NCBI RefSeq assembly: GCF_006345805.1
Contig: NC_042999.1
Span: 22,134,001-22,198,000, forward strand
DNA from: Octopus sinensis
Taxonomy: Eukaryota
Direction: 5' to 3'
Length of the DNA stretch: 64,000 bases
This document shows, piece after piece, positions 52,173 to 64,000 of this stretch. The notes beneath the pieces were generated by a model that worked only from the letters and a program-made list of their open reading frames with translations, did no database searches and was not told the origin of the DNA. The position numbers and the translations under genes are program-made. The number at the start of each line of letters is the position of its first letter. Position 1 is the first letter of the stretch.

Positions 52173-52590
52173 GAGGCGCAGGAGTGGCTGTGTGGTAAGT
52201 AGCCTGCTTACCAACAACATGGTTCCGGGTTCAGTCCCACTGCGTGGCACCTTGGACAAGTGTCTTCTATATAGCCTTGGGTCGACCAAAGCCTTGTGAG
52301 TGGATTTGGTAGACGGAAACTGAAAGAAGCCCGTCGTATATATGCATGTATATATATATGTGTGTACGTGTATGTTTCTGTGTCTGTGTTTGTCCGCTTA
52401 GCATTGCTTGACAACCGTTGCTGGTGTGTTTATGTCCCCGTAACTTAGCGGTTCGGCAAAGAGACCAATAGAATAAGTACTGGGCTTACAAAGAATAAGT
52501 CACGCGGTCGATTTGCTTGACTAAAGACGGTGCTCCAGCATGGCCGCAGTCAAATGACTGAAACGAGTAAAACAGTAAAAGTGTAAAAGA
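52173..52590 (+). mobile_element. SINE family A, full length
   Basis: aggcgcaggagtggctgtgtggtaag ... ggtgctccagcatggccgcagtcaaatgactgaaac plus (gtaaaa)-type tail. Confidence 0.9.
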
Positions 52591-54593
52591 GGCGGAATAA
52601 ATACATAAAAAGTGTTTTTTTCCGTTGCTCAAATAATGTTGTAACTTTAAATCTAATCATAAAACTAGCAATTTTGAGATGAGAAGTTAGTCGATAACAC
52701 CTACCTAACACGAGCCTGGCACTTTTGTTTTATCGTTCCCGAACGAATGAAAGTAAAGATGACTTCGAAAGAATTTGAACTTCAAACAAATATCGCAAAG
52801 AATTTTGTTCGAAGCTCTACTGGTTGGTCAACCCGCTCTTAGCAATCCTTCTTTATTTGTCATTAGAGCCCATTCATATAACGTAAAGTAACATATAGAT
52901 GAAGTACAAAATATGCAGATGTATGTAAGTATATACACCTAAGTAGGCTTAGGTTATAACGCGTCTAGTAACTTGGCACTTGCCCTGTGGTTATTTTATA
53001 TTTCGCTCTTTCGGTTGGGTCTCATTTGAGAGTAGCTCTGTGAAATTTTGGTGTCACCAAGTCTTGGCGGTCCTTAAAGTTTCCAACAGGTACATGTCAT
53101 TGCGAGACACCTTCACGCGCATCACCTACCCTTAGTGCATCACAAAAAAGACAAGATGTCGAGGTCCAGCATCATGATCAATATGATCAGCCATGATTCT
53201 ATCTCTTGAAATTATTTTTCCATTACCGCAGCACCATCATGAGAGCAGCTGTTGGGTGCACCTCAGCTCTGTCTGTTTCTTAACCTCACCCTCGAGCTTA
53301 AAGGCTATGTATATGCTTACATATCTCCTGCTTCGGTTGAGGAAGAGCAAACCCTGTGGAATTTTCAAGAACATATGTAAGCCTCCTTGATCATCGCACC
53401 ACAGTGGTTTGTTACTTTCCCTCTCGTTCTTTAGCAAATTCTTCGACCAAGGACTGTTTTGCCCAAGATATCCCATTCCACTTTTCTCGCGTTCTCATAC
53501 TGAGCAGCTCCTTATGACCCACCATTTTTACAAAAGAGGAAATGCCGTTAAAGTTTGTTCTATTCCTACTGTATATTTTCCCATTTAAGTTAAAGTTTTC
53601 AAAACTATTATTTTCTCTTTTTATTTCACATCTGAACTGTAGCAAATAATATTTGAGACTATATGTTTGTTTACTTTCACAAAATCCGTTGCTTATTATT
53701 CTGTTTTCGTGTCTGAAATTAAATGAGAGCTATATTTGTTTACAGTATTGAGGTACTGCCACCATCAGTGAGGCAAATACACCTTCCTCCTACTTTCCAG
53801 ACAGCCATCTTGCAGCAAGCGTAAATTTTGCAGATGGCAGACGATAGAAATATATACAGTTACATAACATAATGTCAAGAGGACACTTTGTTCATCGAGG
53901 GAATTGGGAAGAATTTTTAATTAATCTGAAAGCTTTTTATTATTATTATTTCCAATATTCTAGAATGAGAAGCGACAAACAAAAGCAAAACGATACACTT
54001 TTCTTCACTATGAACAGCCATGATATAATCCACATTTGCGGAGTGTGCGAATCTTGTGATTCATAGTAACAAGCAGAACAACGAGAACAAAACAACAGCA
54101 ATAATCCCACCATCACCAAAGATATAACATGTCACACACCACCATTAACACCCACAGAAACGAAAATCGAACACCATTGAAATCTAAAATACAATGGTCA
54201 TTCAACAAAGTAACATATTTCATATTGATTATATTCTATAAAACAGACAGACAAAAACCTAAAGCATCACCATATCAAAAGCAATAAACCACGGCATGTG
54301 TATCTTTTATCTTCTGTTTGTTTAAGTCATTGGATTGCAGCCATTTTGGGAAACTGCACTGAAGAATTTTAGTCCAACAAATCAATGTCAGTGCTTGAGT
54401 TTTTCAAGTCTGGTACACATCAGTCTTTCTTGCCAAAACCGCTAAGTTACAGGGACGGAAACAAGCCTACAGCGAATGGAAAGTGGTGCAGGTTGGGAGT
54501 CAGACACAAACACACACACTCATATACACAAATATTGACACACAGAAACTGTGTGGAATCTCATCGCATATATATATATATATATATATACTG

Positions 54594-54625
<32 letters not shown>

Positions 54626-55661
54626 CATATACATGTATACACACATATACATATATATACATATATATATATAAACATACATATACAAATATGCATATAC
54701 ATACACACACACATACACGCACACACACACACAGTTACAAACGAAAAATACACCGCCGATAGTTGTTGTTGACAAACAACTGCAGTAATTCTCTTCAGCT
54801 GAATACACGTCATTGATTGGTTGAAATTACCAAAATAGGACAAATTTAACGTGAAATAACTTCGTAAATTCGTAAATATAGTTTTTCTCAAAAATGCTAA
54901 GAGTAAAAGATGTTTTATATGACACATTCTACCAGTGTCCGAAGTTTTAAAGTGTTTAGTTACAAGAAATTATTTTTTAAATCTGTCGGTCAAAAGCTAA
55001 TGATCCAACATGCCTTCTAATTAATGAATGACTATATGAAATAATATAGCGAAAAATGTTAATGTATGTTAATCACGTATTTCAGCTGTCAACCCTCGCT
55101 TAGAAACCGATCTCTTTTAGATGAAGGCTAAAAGGCAGTGGCTTCAATGATAAGAGAAGTTACGTAAGAAAATATATATATTCTCAGGAACCTAAATATA
55201 GAAAATTCAGAATTATTTGATATTATACTCCTTTCAGTTTTAATATATATGTAAGTATTGCTAAAACTCCATTTAATTTTTTGGATAAATATTTTCGGAA
55301 AAATATGAATATAATAAGAGTTTTAATAAGGATATTATTAAATTCACTTCCAGTTACACCGGAATCGGAATTTTGTGCCATAAATAGAAAATAAAATAAT
55401 AATAGCAAAGCTTTTAGACGGCTAACCACATTTAGTTCTAAATGCTTGTACGAATATTTTAACAATTTACATATCTATTGAGTAATTTGTCATATGAAAT
55501 TAATCGCTTATTGTAAGTTATTAGTTTCAAATAAATATTCAGTGTCTGAAAATTATATTGGATTGATAGAAATTTATTTCGAAATAGTTTAACAAATGAG
55601 AATAAAAGTCTATTCTCAGAATTCCTGTTAGATATTCTGACACAAACGTCTCAACGTATAT

Positions 55662-55786
55662 ATTATTTGTTTATTGCCCACAAGGGGCTAAAGATAGAGG
55701 GGACAAGAAAGGACAAGCTCGTGCAAGAGGGGACAAGTTCGTGCATCCCAAGCTCTTCTAAATTTGAACCAGCCTCTAAGAGGGAA

Positions 55787-55839
<53 letters not shown>

Positions 55840-56070
55840 TTCTTTACTGCCCACAAGGAGCTAAACATAGAGGGGACAAACAAGGCAGACAGACGGATTA
55901 AGTCGATTATATCGACCCCAGTGCGTAACTGGTACTTAATTTATCGACCTCGAAAGGATGAAAGCCAAAGTTGACCACGGCGGAATTTGAACTCAGAACG
56001 TAACGGCAGATGAAATACGGCTACGCATTTCGCCCGGCGTGCTAACGGTTCTGCCAGCTCGCTGCCTTAA
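55662..56070 (-). mobile_element. SINE family B (two units, microsatellite-interrupted)
   Basis: Reverse-complement units with head at the right end. Confidence 0.8.
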
Positions 56071-56167
56071 ACATCTCAATGTATATATGGTTTAAAAGGC
56101 AAAGTCAGAAAGTTTACAATCACTCACTTTGATTATATTAGCATATGCTAATATGTATGTGCATATG

Positions 56168-56590
56168 AAGGCAGTGAGCTGGCACAATCTTTAGCACACC
56201 GGACAAAATGCTTAGCGGCATTTTGTCCGTCTTTACATTCTGAGTTCAAATTTCATTCGAAGTTGACTCTACCTTTGATCATCCGAGGTCGATAAAATAA
56301 GTATCAGTTGAGTATTAGGGTCGATGTGATCGACTTAACCCCTGCTACAATTTTGCTGGCCTTGTGCTAAAATATGAAACAAATATATGTTGACATATGA
56401 AGGCGGCAATCAAGCAGAAGAGCAGCATTTCATCTTATTTTACCTTCGGTGTTCAAAATCCACCGAGGCCGGCCTTGCATTCGGGGTCGATATAAAGTAA
56501 ATACCAGTTTGGGCATTGACGGTCGAAGTAATCGGCTTACCTCGTTCTCCGAGGTTGCTGGCCTTGTGCCAAAATTTGAATCCAAATTCT
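56168..56590 (+). mobile_element. Two older SINE family B-related copies
   Basis: gaaggcagtgagctggcacaatc head; tails gctggccttgtgc...aaatttgaa. Confidence 0.65.
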
Positions 56591-56608
56591 AAATTGTTAT
56601 ATAATAAA

Positions 56609-57121
56609 CTAGCAGTATCGCCCGGCGTTGCTCGGGTTTGTAAGGGAAATAACTATATAAGCATTTTTAGACAGTTACTTCCCTTATAGATGCCAATTCG
56701 GGCTTTCTTAGCCATTTCTGTTTTGGTGTCTTCAAGCCATGAAGTCGTTGTTCTAAAAGAACGCTGGTCTCCTTGACAACGCATTACGACGTTGATTTCC
56801 TTACACTCCCTTCCCCACAGCTTCACGAGGGAGGGAAGAAGGGGGAGAAGCAAACAGGTGCAGGTGTGACCATGGACGCCAACTCCGCCGCCATCGACAG
56901 ACGAAATATTATGCATTAAAATGGAATAAAAAATGATGTTAAATTATTTTTAAAATCGTAGACTCATCGTAGACGCGCGCTAATAGTCAGACGGGCTCGA
57001 TATTAATCACGACTATAAGATACCCGAATTTGGTTAAACTGCACCGCAAAATGTGGGAGGAGTTAGGAATCTAAATCGAAGGGGACAGACACTCACACAA
57101 CTACAGTTTTATATATAAAGA
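56609..57121 (-). mobile_element. Non-autonomous Helitron
   Basis: Minus strand starts A|TC (TCTTTATATATAAAAC) and ends CTAG|T, with a GC-rich subterminal hairpin CCCGAGCAACGCCGGG. Confidence 0.75.
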
Positions 57122-57500
57122 TATAAATTGTATAGGTTTGTTGCCACCAGTCAAAATTTGTGTTGAACTATTTTGAAATCCCTAACGGTTAAACACTGGA
57201 ATACCTGTTACAATTCTCTTGTACATTTTGCACAAATCAAAAGGTTTTTCTTTTAGCTAACATGCGTTTTATATTCTTTTCTACCGTTGCCAGTGAATCA
57301 TTAAGGCGAAAATCGGTGACAGGTAAAGTCTCACCTTAAAATAGATCTTATCTACTACATTGCTTTGACTCCGTTCCTTTGTTTTGTTTTGTTTTTCTGA
57401 ATTACGTTGTTCGCTATTTTCTTTCTCTCTATATACATAACCGCGAAGAACTGAGAATATTGTCTTTGAATAAGAATTATTGTATTGTATACATTTGCTT

Positions 57501-58068
57501 TGTGGAGGCGCAATGGCCCAGTAGTTAGGGCAGCGGACTCACAGTCGGAGGATCGCGGTTTCGATTCCCAGACCGGGCGTTGTGTGTGTTTGTTGAGCGA
57601 AAACACCTAAAAGCTCCACGAGGCTCCGACAGGGGGTGGTGGTGGCGACCCCTGTTGTACTCTTTCGCCACAATATTCCCTCACTCTCTCTTCCCGTTTC
57701 TTGAGTGACGCTGCGATGGACTGGCGTCCCGTCCGGCTGGGGGGAACACATACGCCACAGAAACTGGGAAACCGGGCCCATGAGCGGCCCAGTGGTTAGG
57801 GCAGCGGACTCGCGGTCGGAGGATCGCGGTTTCGATTCCCAGACCGGGCGATGTGTGTGTTTATTGAGCGAAAACACCTAAAAAATCTCCACGAGATTCC
57901 GGTGGCGACCCCTGTTGTACTCTTTCGCCACAACTTTCTCTCACTCTCTCTTCCTGTTTCTTGAATAACGCTGCGATGGACTGGCGTCCCGTGACAACTG
58001 GGGGGAACACATACGCCACAGAAACCGGGAAACCAGGCCCATGAAACTGGCTAGGCTTGAAAAGGACA
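57501..58068 (+). mobile_element. tRNA-derived SINE dimer, head/body H1 plus tail T2
   Basis: Two units; the second restarts at ggcccagtggttagggcagc (57786). Confidence 0.85.
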
Positions 58069-58489
58069 ACGTTTATCGTTTTTGTACATTTGCTTTACCA
58101 TAAAATATTTTGTCAACGCTACCGGAGATGCAATTAATCAGGCAATTGATAATCTCAAGCCATCAACATTATTATTCGCCAAATACGATATAAAATTAAA
58201 AGAATAAGGACATATTCATATGTATCTACGTTATTTTATAACGGCAATACAATACTCTCAGACAAATGGTTTTACCTAGATGTAGGAGAGCGTTAGAATT
58301 TTGTTGGTAAAATAGCCATTCCAAGATAATGACTCAAACCAGACATATTTTAATAGTTTTCTTTTCCTTCTTTTTATTTCTTTTTATTAGCGTTGAAGAA
58401 AAAGTATAAAATTGCAATAAAATGTTGAAAACGGATGATTGTTTTCTACACGCATTTTCAATACCAGACCTATACGTGTGAGTATGTAC

Positions 58490-58555
58490 ATGCATATATA
58501 TACATATATATACATATATATACGTATATAAACACACACACACTCACACACACAA

Positions 58556-58594
<39 letters not shown>

Positions 58595-58624
58595 GATAGA
58601 TAGATAGATAGATAGATACATACA

Positions 58625-58702
<78 letters not shown>

Positions 58703-58785
58703 CATAATATGAATAATACATATGCATACATATATGTATAGGTACAGACACACAGGCACACATACACACACACACACACACACAC

Positions 58786-58856
<71 letters not shown>
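58490..58856. repeat. Compound microsatellite tract
   Basis: Directly visible. Confidence 0.9.
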
Positions 58857-58858
<2 letters not shown>

Positions 58859-60550
58859 TACAGGATGTCAGAAACTAAACAACATGAAATACGATAACAA
58901 AAGAGTTGAATACATTATCAACGAGAGAAACAAATGGAAAACAGGACAAATAACATGAAGAACGACCTTTCATCAGTAGTCGGCTGTCCATCTACTCCTC
59001 ATTTCGAGCATTGAACGACAATATGAGTCTTCGAAGGGCAGTTGCTCCCGGAAACCAAAATATAATTTGGGATTTGCGGAGGGTCAAAGTTGGTAACAAA
59101 AACAGGACAGTGGAGACATACAAGGAAACCGAGCGGAAACAAAGATGGATTTGGGCGAAATCCGTTAAAATTGGTATATATATATATTATATATATATAT
59201 ATATATATACTAAGCAATAAAGGGTTTAGCAACGAATTGCCTTACCACATACCGAATTTAGAAATAGCAGTCAAAGAGTTATAGCTATTTCTTCTACTAT
59301 ATATATATATATATATATAAATATATGGGCAACACGCACACATACACACACGTGCGTACACCTATTGCATATATGTTTTTTGCACGCATACATGTTCGCG
59401 TATGTGTGTATGTTGCCTGTATATCAATCAACAAAACAGTTTTTTCCTCGATGGGAAAAAAACAAAACAAAATCTCAACAAAAACTTACTCGTCGCTAGG
59501 AGGGGACTTAATCCCTATCTGTAAACAATGGTGATTTCTCCTACTTGAAAATTGTTAAAAGTTTTGGTTGAAAATTTATTTTTACTGCTATTCGCTAGTG
59601 CCTCTGGGAAAAATAAGTTGACGAAAATACAGCTAGGGTCATAGCGAATGTCCTCCTAAAATTGGAGCGACATGCATGCTAATTTGTGGACGTGCATATA
59701 TTTCGTTTACGCATGCACCCACACAAACACACATCCTGCCTTTTATATATACAGATTACACGTGTTTCATTTACTAATTAGATAAACATGAAAGAAATTT
59801 TCCCTTAAAAATTCTTCAGACAGTAAATCAAATAATTATTTGATTAGCAAATGAAACACGTGCAGTGGTTTCAAATTGTTCTTTTATTGGTATCATGCGC
59901 GTGTGTGTGTGTGTGTGCACAGGATAAACACACACCTGTGTGCAGCAGGTGCTGGTGTTCGTTTCCAAATACAGAAGTTCAGAAGTTGATGCCATACCAG
60001 AATGGGAAACAGCTCTGCACATATTACAACCCTTTCCATTGCATCACCTGAAGTACCCGAGGCCAGCCATCGATGTGGACAAGAAAGCCCCCGCATATTT
60101 ACAAATAGATATACATACATGTGTGTGTGTGTGTGCGTGTGTCTGTCTGTCTGTCTGTGTGCATATAATCAACAATACATAAGTGTTACATAACCAAGAA
60201 CGCATAAACATAGCATTTTTGTACTTCAAAGTAAGCTTCGTGTGTCTAATAAATAAGACATTTATCTGTGTGACAATCTTAAGTACTTGTCAAAACTTAA
60301 TGAATCATCACATTTTTTAGGGTTTTTTTTTCCTTTATTCGTCTACTTTGTCTTTATACTCCTTTTTATTTACAAATACTGCATTTTCTTCATTTTCTTC
60401 TTTTAGTGTCTCCCCTTTTCCCCTTTAATGTTCTGTCATCTAATCAGATGAATTAAACTAACGCCACAAACGCCTAGCAACACATGCGAATTTATTAACA
60501 GACTTTTTTTTCTGAACCGGTTATACAGGTTAATGTGTATAGGCAGTGTG

Positions 60551-60604
<54 letters not shown>

Positions 60605-61019
60605 CACAATACCGACTGTCAAGAAGTGACAGCAGTTGTTATGCTGTATCAACATTAGTAAATAACAACAAACCTAACTTGATAATGTTTAATGATACAT
60701 TCACGCACACACAATAAACAGCTTAAATAATAAGAACAACAAGTTTAAGTAATAATATATTTACATTAACCAGAACAATAATCCTAGTGTAATTACGACG
60801 TCGTTTTGAATAATCAAGGATGAGAAATAAGTTAGAATAACAATGAATTGGAATAAATAAATAAATCTACAATTGCAACAGTAATTACTATAGAAACTTA
60901 CCATAAAACATCCTGAGTGACAACGACAACATTCGATATAAAAAACATGAGATAGTGGTTTAATAATAATGGTTCGAGACATAGGGGAATTTGATTTGAG
61001 CGATCCCAGTGTTCAAGTG

Positions 61020-61925
61020 GTATTTATTTTATCGACCTCGAAAGGATGAAGGCAAAATCGACTTCGGCGGAACTTGAACCCAGAACGTAAAGACATACGA
61101 AATGCCGCTAAGCATTTTGCCCAGAGCGCTAACGATTCTGCCAGCTTGACGCCATACTCTGCGTGATACTATTAGCTTCAAAATTTGGCACAAAGCCGGC
61201 AATTTCTCGGGAGACGGTAAGCTGCTTACATCGACCCCAGCGCAATTTACTACCCACAAGGGGCTAAACACAGAGAGGACAAACAAGGACAGACAAACGG
61301 ATTAAGTTGATTACATCGACCCCAGTGCTTAACTGGTACTTATATCGACCTCGAAAGGATGAAGGCAGAATCGACTTCGGCGGAATTTGAACCCAGAACG
61401 TAAAGACATACAAAATGCCGCTAAGCATTTTGCCCCACGTGCTAACGATTCTGCCAGCTTGACGCCATACTCTGCCTGATACTATTAGCTTCAAAATTTG
61501 GCACAAGGCCGGCAATTTATCAGGAGAGGGTAAGTTGCTTACATCAACCCCAGCGCTTAACTGGTACTTATTATATCAACCCCGAAAGGATGGAAGGCAA
61601 AGTCGGCCTCAGCGGAATTTGAACCCAGAACGTAAAGACATACGAAATGCCGCTATGCATTTTGCCCGGCGTGCTAACAATTTTACCAGTTTGTCGCTAT
61701 ACTCTGTGTGCTACTATTAGTTTCAGAATTGGTCACAAGGCCAGCAATTTCTCGGAAGAGGGTAAGTTGCTTTCATCGATCCCAGTACTTAACTTGCACT
61801 TATTATATCGACCCCGAAAAGATGAAAGACAAAATCGACCTCGGCGGAATTTGAACCCAGAACGTAAAATACCAGAAATGTCGCTAAGCATTTTGACCAG
61901 CGTGCTAACGATTCTACAGGCTCAG
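61020..61925 (-). repeat. Tandem duplication of a SINE-B-related copy plus flank, about 232-bp unit, about 4 copies
   Basis: cccagaacgtaaa recurs at about 61081, 61392, 61624 and 61856; shared spacer atactctg...actattag. Confidence 0.8.
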
Positions 61926-62229
61926 AGCCTTAATCGTAAAACTAATCCTCTCTACTATAGACAAAAAGCCCGTGTGGTCGATTACATTGACATCATCAGT
62001 AGTCTGGTAATTTATGTTATAAACGTTCAAGCTCGGAATGAGGAAAAGCAAAGTTAACCTCGACTGAATTTGAACCCAGAACTTTAAAACACGGAATAAA
62101 TACTGCAAAGCGTTTTCCTGACGCTTTACCGATTCAGCCAGCAGATTTCCCTTAGGTGTACAGTAATTGTACTACACCAGGAAATAAGGACAACAGTTGA
62201 GAGGGAAATAGAAATAAAACTTTATATAT

Positions 62230-62635
62230 GCACAGGAGTGGCTGTGTGGTAAGTAGCTTGCTTATCAACCACATGGTTCAGGGTTCAGTCCCACTGCGTG
62301 GCACATTGGGCAAGTGTATTCTACTATAGCCTCGGGCCGACCAAAGCCTTGTGAGTGGATTTGGTAGACGGAAACTGAAAGAAAGAAGCCCGTCATGTAT
62401 ATGTATATATATATATGTGTGTGTGTATATATGTTTGTGTGTCTGTGTTTGTCCCCAACATCGCTTGACAGCCGATGATGGTGTGTTTACGTCCCTGTAA
62501 CTTAGCGGTTCGGCAAAAGAGACCGATAGAATAAGTACTAGGCTTACAAAGAATAAGTCCTACGGTCGGGTTGCTCGACTAATGCCAGTGATCTAGCATG
62601 GCTGCAATCAAATGACTGAAACAAGTAAAACATTA
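62230..62635 (+). mobile_element. SINE family A, full length
   Basis: Head, internal microsatellite and tail. Confidence 0.9.
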
Positions 62636-63179
62636 AATAGAGAGTATACTCCAGCCTCGTTCACAATCAGCAATGGCTTAGTATCAGCATGTACCACACT
62701 TTCACTAATTATTTTAGCTGCCCGTATAACCGCAAAGAGATTCTGAAATGTTGTCGGTCCTCCTACACTTGACCCAAGATGTGACAGCTGAAGGCAGAGA
62801 GAGAGGAAGGGTGCACAAGTGTTAGGTTGGTACTTTTATTAATTAGTTGTTTTTTCTACAAATTGCTTTTATATCCGGGTAAATACAGAACAACAAATGG
62901 TACAAGAGGAAAAAAGCTCTCTCACTGTTTTCCTTTCGAAGCGTATATCCTATTTCAGTGCCGGATCCGTCTGCTTTCATATTAAATGCAACGAACCTGT
63001 TGCTCCGGTAGACTTGTTGCTCTGTGTGATATACATCATCATCATCAGCAACAGCAGCATCATCATAATCATCATCATTAACGACGACGACGACGACTGG
63101 ACGTTTCGTGTTCTTAGACTCATGGAGTCAGTTATTTGGTTTGCATGTTCCTTCTCCAGCCATGCCAGTCTCATAAAAA

Positions 63180-63393
63180 GCCGGTTTCTCGGTTTCAGTG
63201 GTTTATTCATTCTTCACCTGGACAGAACGCCGGTCCGTCGCAGGATTATTCATTTTTGCCTGCTGAGTGGACTGGAGCAACGTGAAATGAAGTGTTTTGC
63301 TCAAGAGCACAACGCATCACCCGGTCCAGGAATCGAAACCACAATCTTACGATCATGATGCTGACACATTAACCACTAAGCCACGCACCTCCA
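63180..63393 (-). mobile_element. tRNA-derived SINE, head/body H2 with T2-like tail
   Basis: Reverse complement of gtggaggtgcgtggcttagtggtt...ggtttcgattcctggaccgg...ctccagtccactcagc. Confidence 0.8.
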
Positions 63394-64000
63394 CTTGGTT
63401 TGCATGGCGTATAAGTGATCGAGAACACAATATTGCCGCAGGACGAGACGACAGTTTGTCGCAGCGTTACTCATTTACAGCCGAGTGGACTGGAGCAACA
63501 GAATATAAAGTGGTTTTTTTTGTTTTTTTTGCTGGACCACAACTCACTACCCGGTCCCGGAATCGAAATCACAATCTTGTGATCGTGAGAGCAGAACTCA
63601 AGTCATTAGGTCACGCACCTAATACTGGAGGCAAATAATCGTTCATCGAGTCCCGAAAGCCCTATTTTATACCACGAGAATGACAGTGGTAGGAAGTAGA
63701 ATTTGAATTGGGATTTGAAACCAGAACATAAGACTCGGAACAGATACCTCAATGCATTTTTCCGAGGTACTGACAAATCCGCCAATCCACGGCCTCTAGT
63801 CTCTTCCAATAGTGATCGATTCGGAAAGATTGAAAGGCTAGCACATTCGATATGTTACTTTTGATGCTCTGTCTGAAGAATTTCCAATAGGAGATATCAC
63901 ACTTTTCTACTACATGTAGCTCCTATTATCAAATGTAACACGTGTAATGGTGAATAAATAATGCCAAAAAAAATTCCAATGCCCTTTTTTTGTTTTTTCG

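Noticed and set aside
53000-53645. Several 65-79 aa ORFs in GC-richer DNA
   Set aside because: No recognisable domain; stops in all frames; probably an old decayed element.
58955-58990. Minus-strand CTGATGA AAGG...TCTT as an HHR
   Set aside because: No GAAA after stem II.
62640-62787. Resemblance of the peptide to BRO-N (NEAGVYSL), kinase (HADxKP) or copine (GPTxF) motifs
   Set aside because: Short, mutually incompatible matches lacking invariant residues; no gene name assigned.
11932-63393. tRNA genes
   Set aside because: A/B boxes belong to SINE heads; no complete cloverleaf with an acceptor stem could be folded.

Overview
AT-rich eukaryotic non-coding DNA, most likely intronic or intergenic sequence from an octopus. 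That assignment rests on recalled SINE families and the very high microsatellite load, not on a database search. No protein-coding host gene can be identified; nearly all listed ORFs are microsatellite or repeat artefacts. The window is a mosaic of several tRNA-derived SINE families (single copies, dimers, head-to-tail multimers), decayed CR1-like, RTE-like and R4/RLE-like LINE fragments, mariner-derived non-autonomous elements, Helitron-like elements, long palindromic/foldback elements and (TA)n/(TATG)n tracts. The most notable signal is a set of hammerhead ribozyme (HHR) motifs in unrelated small repeats. These are a fully canonical type I HHR at 3198-3299 (+), a near-canonical minimal HHR at 14719-14764 (-), a U3-A8 compensatory-core HHR at 27583-27634 (+) inside a 363-nt, 1.4-mer, retrozyme/Penelope-like insertion, and a recurrent family with a non-canonical 8-nt core. 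All folds were done by eye. Boundaries of decayed repeats are approximate.
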